From Macrostomum lignano (Eukaryota), in NCBI GenBank assembly GCA_002269645.1, contig NIVC01000175.1, forward strand, positions 434,001 through 498,000: a stretch of 64,000 nucleotides of DNA, read 5' to 3'. Made by a program: the position numbers and the translations under genes. This document shows, in pieces, positions 37,963-47,517 of this stretch (the first letter of the stretch is position 1; every line of letters begins with the position of its first letter). The notes under the pieces were generated by a model. That model was not told the origin of the DNA, did no database searches, and saw only the letters and a list, made by a program, of their open reading frames with translations.

Positions 37963-40900
37963 ATGGCGTCGCAAGCAGCCAGTGAATTACCTCTCAATGA
38001 TCCAGCCATGGCTGAGGCCTGGCTGCAAAGTTTTGAAGCACTGTGCAGGCACAAAAAACTGCAAGATACAAACGAAGAGAAGCAGGTGACAGACCTCTTC
38101 CTTGCTCGAGCAGGAATCAATGCAGTCCGATCCGTCTCTATCATGGCAAAGCCGAAAAACATTGAGGATATGACCTTCAAGGACATCAAGAAAATGATCA
38201 TCGGGCGACTCCAGCCCAAAAAGAAACTGGTGATTGCAGAGCGCACAAGGTTCATGTCCCAGCGGCAGCTGTCAACAGAGTCGGCCCAGCAGTTCGCGGA
38301 GCGCTTGAGAGACGCGGCAAAGCACTGTGAGTTTGACAAGCTCAACGAAAAAGACTGCAAACAGTCAGCCGAGGATGACTTGATCCAAACACTGCTGATC
38401 AGCGGCTTGTGCGACCACAGCCAGCGGACTAAAACACTTGAGCACATTCAGAGCTCTGAGAATCCAGTGACTCTGGACACGTGTCTGCAGTACATCCAGC
38501 AGTTAGAGCTCATCCAGAGCTACAGCTCAAGCGACCGATCTGCTGAAGCCCGAGAGCCTAGCAGAAGCTCCGAGACGGCTGAGAGTTCGACACCAGTTGC
38601 CAGCATCGACAGGAACCGCAATAGCGGTGCTCAGTGCAGGTCGTGTGGTCTGCAGCACCAGCCAGGCAAATGCCCTGCATTCGGGAAGACCTGTAACAAG
38701 TGCCACCGCAGGAACCACTTTGCTGCAGTCTGCAGGAGCAGCGCCAAGTCCAAGTCGGTTGCACCTGCCCATGAAATCGACACGAGTGAGTGTGAGCAGG
38801 CAGGCATCTACACCATCGTCGGCAACGAGAGCGGAAGCGGCAGCATAAAAACTGTGCTCATTGAAGGCAAGCCGTTCAAAATGCAGCTCGACTCTGGATC
38901 CGGTGCGAGCATCATTCCGATAAACTTCTGGAGGAGCCTCGGTGAGCCCAAGCTACGAAAGTCCAAGCTGAGACTGCGACAATTTGACGGAACGGTCATC
39001 AGAACTAGAGGATGCTTCACGGCGCTCATCGAAGTCGGGAGACAAATCGCCTGTGCGGACGTGACGGTCACCGAATGCACAAAGGAGCACGGCCTCATCG
39101 GAACAGACGTGCTGGACTTCAAGCTGGACACAGCGACTGTCAATCAAGTGGAGCGCAGCAGCAAACCGCTAGGCAAGCTCAAAGGTTTCCGTGCTCGGGT
39201 CCTGCTCAGGGAGAACGCTCAGCCCAGCTTCTTCGATGCCCGGCCGCTCCCGATTCATCTCAAGCCGCTGGTGGTGGCTAAGCTGCGGACGATGATCGAC
39301 GCCGGGATCCTCGAGCCCGTGCCGCCAGGCGGCAGCAGTTGGGCATCGCCCATTGTGGTGGTGCGCAAGGCCGACGGAGACCTGAGAATCTGCTCCGACT
39401 ACAAGGTCGGGGTGAACCCGAAGATCTGCTCTGACGCCTACCCACTGCCCAACATCGAGCAAGCCTTCAGTGCCCTGGCAGGTATGAAGCACTTCGCAAT
39501 TGTAGACTTAACAAATGCCTACAACCAGATTGAGCTAGACGAGGCCTCCAGAGAAATACTCACCATCAACACGCCCCTAGGCCTGCTCAGATGGACGCGC
39601 ATGCCATACGGGGTGAAGACGGCCAGTGCGCAGTTCCAGGCTGCCATGGAGGCAACGGTCGGCGGTGCGGTCAGCAACCTGGTGATCTACCAAGACGACA
39701 TGTGCGTTGGCGCCACCACAGCGGACGAATTGGACAGCAAAGTCCGGGACCTGCTGAGAGCGCTTTCTGATGCCGGCATGTCAATCAACGAAAAAAAGTG
39801 CGTTTTCCGCAGCACGGAAATCAGTTTCCTTGGCTACCGCATCGCGGCTTACGGCGTGCGCCCTGATCGGAAGCTGGTGGAGAAAATCCTCGGCGTGAGC
39901 ACCCCGGCGAGCAAAAAGGAACTCGAATCGTTTCTAGGAATGACGGTGTACTACTCGCGCTACATCAAGTCCTACTCGGAGAAGACCGAGCCGCTGACCG
40001 AGCTGCGGAGCAAGAAAGTCGCGTTCCATTGGGGACCTCGGCAGCAGAAAGCGTTTGACGAGCTCAAGCAGGCGCTTGCAGCTTCCCCAGTGGTCCGAAT
40101 CTTCGATGCAAGAAAGCGCACAACTCTGACTACTGACGCCAGCGAAAAGGCCATAGCAGCAATCCTCTCTCAGGACGAGCACCCAGTGATGTACCTGTCA
40201 AGACGGCTGACACCGGCTGAGAGAAATTACTCGAATATCGAGCGAGAGGCCCTGGCTGTGGTGTGGGCCACTCAGAGAGCCAGACACTTTCTTCTCGGCA
40301 GCAAGTTTGTGCTCCAGTGCGATCATCAACCATTGGAGTTCATTTTTAGTCCGTCTCGGGAGCTTCCAAAGGTCACATCGGCTAGGATCATGCGCTGGGC
40401 GTTGCAGCTGTCGGCCTTCGACTACGAAATCTCGTACATCAAGGGCAGCTGCATCCCGCATGTCGACGCGCTGTCTCGAATTGAATTCAAGGAGGAAGGC
40501 GATGGAGACGACTGCCAGGAAAGCTTCGTTCACTGGACAGAGACGGAGGTGCTCAAGCTGGAGCAGATCAGAGACGCCACTGACAATGACCCGGTGCTCG
40601 CCAGCGTCAAGCGCAGGATCCGCAGCAATGCGTGGAACAACTGCTCGGCAGCGGAGCGACCGTATAAAGCCGTCCGCCAGCAGCTCTCAGTGGAGAATGG
40701 CGTCGTCTGCCTGAGAGACCTGGTGGTCCCGCCTAGCCGGCTGCGGCAAGACGTGCTGCGAGCGGCTCACGGCGACTCGCACTGCGGTGCCCTAGCGACA
40801 AGAAATCGACTCAAGCTGGAAGCCTGGTGGCCGGGTCACTGCGAGGACGTCGAAAACTTCGTCAAGCAATGCCAGCGATGCGCGGAGATCCGTCCAATGC

Positions 40901-41832
40901 CTGCCAGAACGTGCCACACCTGGCCGGCTGAAGATGGTCCCTGGAGACGCGTGCACATGGACCATGCTCACGTTCCCGGCTTCGGCCTGCTGCTCATTGT
41001 GGTGGACGCCTTCTCCGGCTGGCCGGAAGCGGTGCCTGTTGCCGACAAGAGCGCGACGACGGTCATCAAGGTACTCCGCCTGATTTTCTCCCGCCTGGGT
41101 GTGCCGCATACCTTGGTGGCGGACAATGCTCCGGAGTTCCGTGACCAGCAGCTGCACGAGTGGCTCAAGAAGATCGGCTGCTCGCCGATGCACTCGCCGC
41201 CGTATCATCCGCAGTCAAACGGGTGCGCCGAGCGCATGGTCCAGACCGTCAAGAAGGGGCTGCGGGCCTTCGCCGTGCACCAGGGCCGGTTCGACGCGTA
41301 CCTCGCCAAGCTGCTGCTTAACTACCGGGCCACTCCGCGGGGCGACGGGCGTGGCAGTCCATCTGCGCTAATGGGGCGACAGCTGCGAAGTCCGCTGACC
41401 CTCCAATTCGACACCGATGCGCCGCTCGTCTACCAGTCGCGGCCAGGGGGGCCGGCTGAGACCGTCCGCTTTGTGGTACAGGCCGGCCACAACACGGCCG
41501 TGGTCACCCGGGACAAGGATGACAGGCCTGTGCTGGCACACCGGGATCAGCTGCGCTTGCGTCCGAGTCCAAGCCGGGCGGAAGTTACGGACAACACTGA
41601 CGACAGCGGCCGGGACCCTGACGATGCCGGCCGGAGCCCTGACGACGGCGACCGGAACCCTAACGAAGGCGGCCGGAACCCTGACGAAGGCGGCCGGAAC
41701 CCGGAACCTGATAGCCAGCGGCCAGACGCAGCGGCACCACCGCAGCAGGCCGCTGAAGCTACACCGGAGCCCCGACGAAGCTGCAGGTCGACCAAAGGGG
41801 TCGCCCCAGACCGACTGTCTCCTCGTTGGTGA
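37963..41832 (+). CDS. Single-ORF Gag-Pol polyprotein, 1289 aa, intact
   Basis: Zinc knuckles CRSCGLQH...C / CNKCHRRNHFAAVC, protease LDSGSG, RT YQDD, RNase H TDAS...EREAL, integrase HHCC plus DAFSG / DNAPEF / ERMVQT. Confidence 0.97.
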   Translation: MASQAASELPLNDPAMAEAWLQSFEALCRHKKLQDTNEEKQVTDLFLARAGINAVRSVSIMAKPKNIEDMTFKDIKKMIIGRLQPKKKLVIAERTRFMSQRQLSTESAQQFAERLRDAAKHCEFDKLNEKDCKQSAEDDLIQTLLISGLCDHSQRTKTLEHIQSSENPVTLDTCLQYIQQLELIQSYSSSDRSAEAREPSRSSETAESSTPVASIDRNRNSGAQCRSCGLQHQPGKCPAFGKTCNKCHRRNHFAAVCRSSAKSKSVAPAHEIDTSECEQAGIYTIVGNESGSGSIKTVLIEGKPFKMQLDSGSGASIIPINFWRSLGEPKLRKSKLRLRQFDGTVIRTRGCFTALIEVGRQIACADVTVTECTKEHGLIGTDVLDFKLDTATVNQVERSSKPLGKLKGFRARVLLRENAQPSFFDARPLPIHLKPLVVAKLRTMIDAGILEPVPPGGSSWASPIVVVRKADGDLRICSDYKVGVNPKICSDAYPLPNIEQAFSALAGMKHFAIVDLTNAYNQIELDEASREILTINTPLGLLRWTRMPYGVKTASAQFQAAMEATVGGAVSNLVIYQDDMCVGATTADELDSKVRDLLRALSDAGMSINEKKCVFRSTEISFLGYRIAAYGVRPDRKLVEKILGVSTPASKKELESFLGMTVYYSRYIKSYSEKTEPLTELRSKKVAFHWGPRQQKAFDELKQALAASPVVRIFDARKRTTLTTDASEKAIAAILSQDEHPVMYLSRRLTPAERNYSNIEREALAVVWATQRARHFLLGSKFVLQCDHQPLEFIFSPSRELPKVTSARIMRWALQLSAFDYEISYIKGSCIPHVDALSRIEFKEEGDGDDCQESFVHWTETEVLKLEQIRDATDNDPVLASVKRRIRSNAWNNCSAAERPYKAVRQQLSVENGVVCLRDLVVPPSRLRQDVLRAAHGDSHCGALATRNRLKLEAWWPGHCEDVENFVKQCQRCAEIRPMPARTCHTWPAEDGPWRRVHMDHAHVPGFGLLLIVVDAFSGWPEAVPVADKSATTVIKVLRLIFSRLGVPHTLVADNAPEFRDQQLHEWLKKIGCSPMHSPPYHPQSNGCAERMVQTVKKGLRAFAVHQGRFDAYLAKLLLNYRATPRGDGRGSPSALMGRQLRSPLTLQFDTDAPLVYQSRPGGPAETVRFVVQAGHNTAVVTRDKDDRPVLAHRDQLRLRPSPSRAEVTDNTDDSGRDPDDAGRSPDDGDRNPNEGGRNPDEGGRNPEPDSQRPDAAAPPQQAAEATPEPRRSCRSTKGVAPDRLSPRW

Positions 41833-41840
41833 TGAGGGGA

Positions 41841-42094
41841 TGTTGTATCGTGACTTGACTTGAAGTGCGCAGTGTGGGGCTGCACCCCAATTGTTATTGG
41901 CGCTGAGTTTAGGACTGCTTGCTCTCTCCCCGCCTGCTCTGTCTGTCAATGTACGCTTATGCCTAACCGTCTAATCTATTAGCTGATGCTTTACTCGTAT
42001 CTGCATGTACATCTATGTGCAATGCCAACTACAATAAATAACAACCTCTCGCCCATTTGCGGCTCAAGTTTGGCTAGCCAGCCACGACACAACA
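41841..42094 (+). repeat. 3' LTR (254 bp)
   Basis: Direct copy of 37709-37962. Confidence 0.96.
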
Positions 42095-42983
42095 CAAGGC
42101 TTACTGGGGGAATTGCTGAGATGTCAAGGCTTACTGGGGGAATTGCTGAGATGTCAAGGCTTACTGGGGGAATTGCTGAGATGTCAAGGCTTACTGGGGA
42201 AATCGCTGAGACTGAGACGTCAAGGTTTACTGGGGGAATAGCTGCAATTTCAAGGCAATTACTGGGGGAATCGCGTAGATGTCAAGGCTTACTGGGGAAA
42301 TTGATGTTTAGGTTGTCAAGGCTTACTGGGGGAATTGCAGAGATGTCAAGACTTACTGGGGGAATTGCTGAGATGTCAAGGCTTACTGGGGGAATTGCTG
42401 AGATGTCAAGGCTTACTGGGGGAATTGCTGAGATGTCAAGGCTTACTGGGGGAATTGCTGAGATGTCAAGGCTTACTGGGGGAATTGCTGAGATGTCAAG
42501 GCTTACTGGGGGAATTGCTGAGATGTCAAGGCTTACTGGGGGAATTGCTGAGATGTCAAGGCTTACTGGGGGAATTGCTGAGATGTCAAGGCTTACTGGG
42601 GGAATTGCTGAGATGTCAAGGCTTACTGGGGGAATTGCTGAGATGTCAAGGCTTACTGGGGGAATTGCTGAGATGTCAAGGCTTACTGGGGAAATCGCTG
42701 AGACTGAGACGTCAAGGTTTACTGGGGGAATAGCTGCAATTTCAAGGCAATTACTGGGGGAATTGCGTAGATGTCAAGGCTTACTGGGGAAATTGATGTT
42801 TAGGTTGTCAAGGCTTACTAGGGGAATTGTTTAAGTGTCAAGGCAAGGACCACTGGAATGTGGATTATATTGGACTATATTCGTCGCTTAAATAGTATTA
42901 CAGACTTATGTCAAAATATAATTTACTGCTGCGGGTCATATTGTAGACCAAATGCATTTGCCTCAAGAATTGCTATCTTCATA

Positions 42984-44030
42984 CGAGGCAGGGTTCGGAA
43001 AGTCCGCCATCAAACGTATCTAATAGATTAACGGATTGAACAAATGTAAGGCTACTCTTCCTGCTTCTCAACGTAGGCACCCTTGAGACTTATGCACTTG
43101 TGCCACCTCTCAGGCAATTAACTTCTCGATGCCGGCAGCATAGAAATCGGCAGGTGACTCCCTGACCCACTGGCTGATGGCCTGTGCCAGGGTCTGTAGA
43201 GAGCTGTATTGGCGACCTCGGGGGGGGGGGGGTTCATCTCCCCGAACAGCCAGAAGTCACTGGGTGCGAGGTCCGGCGAGTAGGTCGGGTGTGGCAGCAC
43301 CTGCACGGAAGCCCAGGTCCGAAATGGCAGCCATTGTTGCCTGGCTGGTGTGCGGCAGCTGGCATTGTCGTGCTGAAGCAGGATGCCACGGCTCAGCTTG
43401 CCACGCCGCTGGGCCTTGATGGCTTCACGCAACTTGTGCAGGACTTGGATGTAGTACTCACTGTTGATTGTGGCACCACGGGGAAGCCATTCGATGAGCA
43501 GAGTATACCCTCCTTGTCCCAGAAGACGGTGGCCATTTGCTTGCCAGCTGAAGGTCCAGTCAGGGCCTTGACAGTTGTGGGCTCATGGCTGTGGCCTTCC
43601 GCACACTGCTTTGCATATTTGGACTCTGGCTCGCTATAATGGAACCAGGATTCATCCACAGTCACAATCGGGTCCAAAAAGTTGGGATCACTGCGATATG
43701 ACTGGAGGAGCTGCCGACACACCTGGACCCGCTCTCGCTGCTGCTGGTCAGTCAGAAGTTTCGGGGCCCAACGAGCAACAACGCGCGACATACCGAGCTC
43801 AACCGTCAGTATAGAGTTAATGGCCTTTGATGAGATGCCATGAGTAATGGTTGACAACTTTCGCACTGTGGCTCGGTGGTCACCATCCAGAGCACGATGC
43901 ACAAGCTCAATGTTTGGCCTGTTGACCGTGGTGGCAGGCCGGCCGCTCTGTCGAAGGTCATCGACCGTCTCCTCCCAGCCGTCTTCAAAGTGCTGCACCC
44001 ACTTGTTGACCTCGTTGCTTGCTTGCAGCT
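42984..44030 (-). mobile_element. Degenerate mariner (Tc1/mariner) element with a frameshifted transposase
   Basis: Transposase motifs KWVQHFEDG...SGRP, WAPKLL, VTVDESWFHY, QHDNA and HPTYSPDLAPSDFWLF are spread over several frames. One end TA|CGAGGCAGGGTTCGGAAAGT lies at 42982-43003. The partner TIR was not found. Confidence 0.85.
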
Positions 44031-44360
44031 AGTGAAGAATTTCTGTTTGTCGGTTTCCTTGTTTCCCTTGATAATTTATCCTGCTTGAAGTAAGACATCC
44101 GAAAGGAATGTCTTGGTTGTCTGGAAAAAGAGAATGAGGAAATTGACTACGCAGATTCAGCATACTGACTGTAGACCTGAAAACCGTTGGATGGTCAGCT
44201 TAAGCTTTCAACACATTTTCATACATCATTAGATCAAAAAAGAGACCTGCATTTACTTCTGAAGAGTCAGGGTCGAAAAAAAACCGGCCTTCTAAACCTT
44301 TTGCACAAATTTGGTGTTGCGCGTCCTTGTACGCTCGTAATGTAGTCCATTTGTGTCAAG

Positions 44361-44415
44361 TATTAGGGTGAGCCAAAAGTTTTTGGTATTTTTTCGAATC
44401 GAACTTTTAGTTTAT
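44361..44415 (+). mobile_element. Possible isolated mariner-type terminal fragment
   Basis: TA|TTAGGGTGAGCCAAAAGTTTTTGG loosely resembles Hsmar1-type TIR starts (TTAGGTTGGTGCAAAAGT); no partner end was seen. Confidence 0.25.
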
Positions 44416-47201
44416 TTTTGTCTATGGAAAAGCTTAAAAGCAGCAACCATCTACTATTCTGTTGGCCAGCCTTATCATCACTCTTTAGCTTAGCATTGCT
44501 CAGTTTCCCAGACCCTGCCTACTTACATGTAAGCCAGCAAACGCATTCAATGGAACAGCCCCAAAGGGGTGGGTTTCACAAACGCAAAATTTCACAACCG
44601 CTAAAAGCACTTGCTTTCATAAACGCGAAACTTCACAAACGCGAAACTTCACAACCGCTAAATGTCATCTACTTTCACAACCGCGAAGCTTCATAACCGC
44701 CAAAATTTTTGCACTTACTTTCATATACAACGTAACAGTGTTTTTAGCGGTTGTGAAGTTTCGCGGTTATGAAGTTTTGAAGTTATGCAGCAATGTCTCT
44801 AAAAAAGTCAAATAAGAAAGTGTACTAGCAATAAAAATCGTTTAAAATATATACGTTTCTTGTGGAACCACGGTATCTGCTAATTTATTTAGGTAAAGAT
44901 CAGCTATTTGTTTTAATTTTTAAAAAAGCGGCCTTATATCGCTTTTCCGAGAATACCCGAAGAAACAAGTTCTTTTCAAATTTTCTGGCATGCCAAAATT
45001 TTTCGATTTCCTTATATAGATGTAACTCAAAAATGGGATAGAATTCGCGAAGGTCTACCAACCTTGATTCTAAAGTATAGAGACGCTCATAATCCACCTA
45101 ATAAAATGAATAAGTGCCTTAAGTAAGTGCCTGGTACCAGTACACAAACTTTTGTTTCAAAACTCTTATGATGTATTTTAGGCAAAGACAATTTTTTGTC
45201 TTTTTTACCTTGATGAATGACTAAATTAGACTACATGACTGTACCTAAAATAGCAATTAATTATAAGTTAACAAGTTTTATTTAAACAATGAAAGCCAAA
45301 AGTTCAGACCTATTTTAGGATATTATGATCTGGATAGGCTAAGTAATACAAACAACAAGTTATGCATATAGGCCTATTTATTGCCTTTTAGGCTTAAAGT
45401 TTATGTACCATTGATACAAATGTTTATGTACCATAACCTAACTTTAACACTGAAAAAAAGCAATGTTAAAAGTAGTGTATGAACCTTTGTTTCTCCCTCA
45501 CCAGAATCCAGAAAACAGCCTATAAACATTCAAATACATAGAAATAATAAAATATATTTGGAAATCTAAGTTGAATAAAAAATAATGACATTTTTTAGGT
45601 CAATTTTGCCTAAAAGTTATGTGCCCATAGTCATACACATCATACACTAAAAATATCTCAATCTGTTTCTGCCTTGATTATGCATATTAAGGACCCTTGT
45701 ATATACTATTGGCATAGTTTGGATTATTTATTGGTATACTCTGGGTTTGGTGGAGGAAAAAGTATAGGATCACTTTTGGTATTCTATTGCCATGGCGCCA
45801 ACCTTTGTATATCTGTAGCTGTAGCCATACTAAATTTTATTATGCCATCTCTGTAGCTGCAATTCGTTATGTTTTGTCAAATCTCTATATTCCAAATTTT
45901 CCCATAGCCTATGACATAGGCCTAGTCATATTAAAAATTAGAAAAATTAACAAAAGCCACTAATTTCCAAAGTGAAAAGCAAAAATGTAAAGCCAAAGTA
46001 AAAGTGAGATTAAGCAAAAAGCAAAAATTCAAATTTAGCCCCCCCCTAGTAATTTATAGAGATTTTAATAATATATTTAGTTTGATACAAGAAAGAAAAA
46101 TGCATTTTATGTGAGATAGCCAGTAGTGTATCTATTTATTTAGCCAAAAATATAAAAATTTAAATGAAAGTAATTTTTTTACAAAAAAGAGAATTTATAT
46201 TTAATTTATATTGTTATCGGAAATTACATATGGTGCTCCAAATCTCCGTAATCCATAACTGTAGCCACCAATTGGCAAGAACTCTGTAGCTGCAATCTGT
46301 AACCAAATTTTGCTTGAAAAAGTGACACTCCAAATTTTCCTGTAACTGTAGCCATAGTTATAGTAGAACACTTTAGAATCACTTTTGTATGCTAGGATAA
46401 AAATGTTTTTAAATATGTATGTTGAATTGAAGTTGTACACTTTTTCATTCTTGAATTCATTATTTATGCAAAATAACAAACTTAAAAATTATACCCTTTT
46501 GCAATATTTACTAAGAAAAGACAATTATAAAAAGTATTTTAAATCTTTTATTTGTTAAAAATTGAAAAAAAATAAGTTTTTAGGGCACAAAGTTTAATTT
46601 TTTATTATTATTGTTGTTCTATATTGATAGTGTTGCATATAGCATATTCTATGTAAAGTCATTTTATTTGATCTTAACATGCAGGTATGCCATAGATATA
46701 AGCAAAAAAATTTCCACTGTGTCATGTATACTGATATATGTTAAAAATGGCAAGTACCTTTGTTGTATACTTTAAAATCCTGGTATACATGTTGCCTTCC
46801 AAACTATGTTATATGTAATATGATTGTGCATTGAGTGCATTGGGGATCCCTTGTATGTGCTATGATTGTGCTCCAGTTATATCTTGGACTTGGACCCCTT
46901 GTGTGTGCTATGCAAGAATTTTCTTTAGCCAAGGCCACCTTCTTGACTATGGTTGAAACTTGAATAAATGAGGTTAGAGTTTGCAATTAATTTGTTGTAG
47001 TCAGTTACTATTGATCTACTGAATTAGGCCTAACTACTAATTTATGATTTTATTCTTAATTGATAATTGTTATTGAAGTTACAAGGCAAGGCAGTTACTT
47101 TTAATTAAGAAAGTCTTATAATTTATATTCAGAATTATGAAATTTTCATCAAAAAATTATAGTACAACAAATACATGCGCAGCTTTGGGAATCACCCGGC
47201 C

Positions 47202-47307
47202 GTTTCTATTGGCAACACACATATGTAAGTCGCTATTGGACGGAAAAGTAGTCACGTGACTGGTATCAGCCAATAGCAACTTATATGTGTGTGTTGCCAA
47301 TAGAAAC
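47202..47307. promoter_or_regulatory. Palindromic cassette with two X-box-like motifs flanking a central GTCACGTGAC E-box
   Basis: Imperfect ~38-bp inverted repeat (47202-47239 / 47270-47307), with AGTCACGTGACT at 47250-47261; about 210 bp upstream of the first recognised ARHGAP39 exon. Confidence 0.4.
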
Positions 47308-47517
47308 TGCCAAGTGAATCCCAAGGTTGCGCCCAAGCATGTAGTACAAGATATTTGAAATTGAAATTCTAATCTTGAGAGGTCAACAAAATAATGCATA
47401 TCAAATAAAATGGTTGCATTAAACAAATGTCATTTAAATCAAACTGTCTGTTTGAATACCTTATTTCAAATCAATGTTTAGTCTTACACACTGACTCCTT
47501 TCTATCCTATGATTTAG

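Larger units (their letters stand above)
37709..42094 (+). mobile_element. Full-length Ty3/Gypsy LTR retrotransposon (Mag-like), 4386 bp, 5-bp TSD CAAGG
   Basis: TG...CA LTRs at 37709-37962 and 41841-42094. TSD at 37704-37708 and 42095-42099. PBS TGGCGTCGCAAGCAG at 37964. Purine tract GATGAGGGGA at 41831-41840. Domain order PR-RT-RH-INT. Confidence 0.97.
37457..42844. repeat. 30-bp minisatellite (GAGATGTCAAGGCTTACTGGGGGAATTGCT), split by the LTR element into 37457-37708 and 42095-42844
   Basis: Near-perfect 30-bp monomers on both sides of the retrotransposon. Confidence 0.92.

Noticed and set aside
37932-41949. Multiple antisense and alternate-frame ORFs over gag-pol
   Set aside because: Expected shadows of a GC-rich coding sequence; no motifs.
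44330-44339. CTCG|TA as the missing right end of the mariner (would give about 1.35 kb)
   Set aside because: Only 4 nt match the left TIR; it fits the footprint-type motif better.
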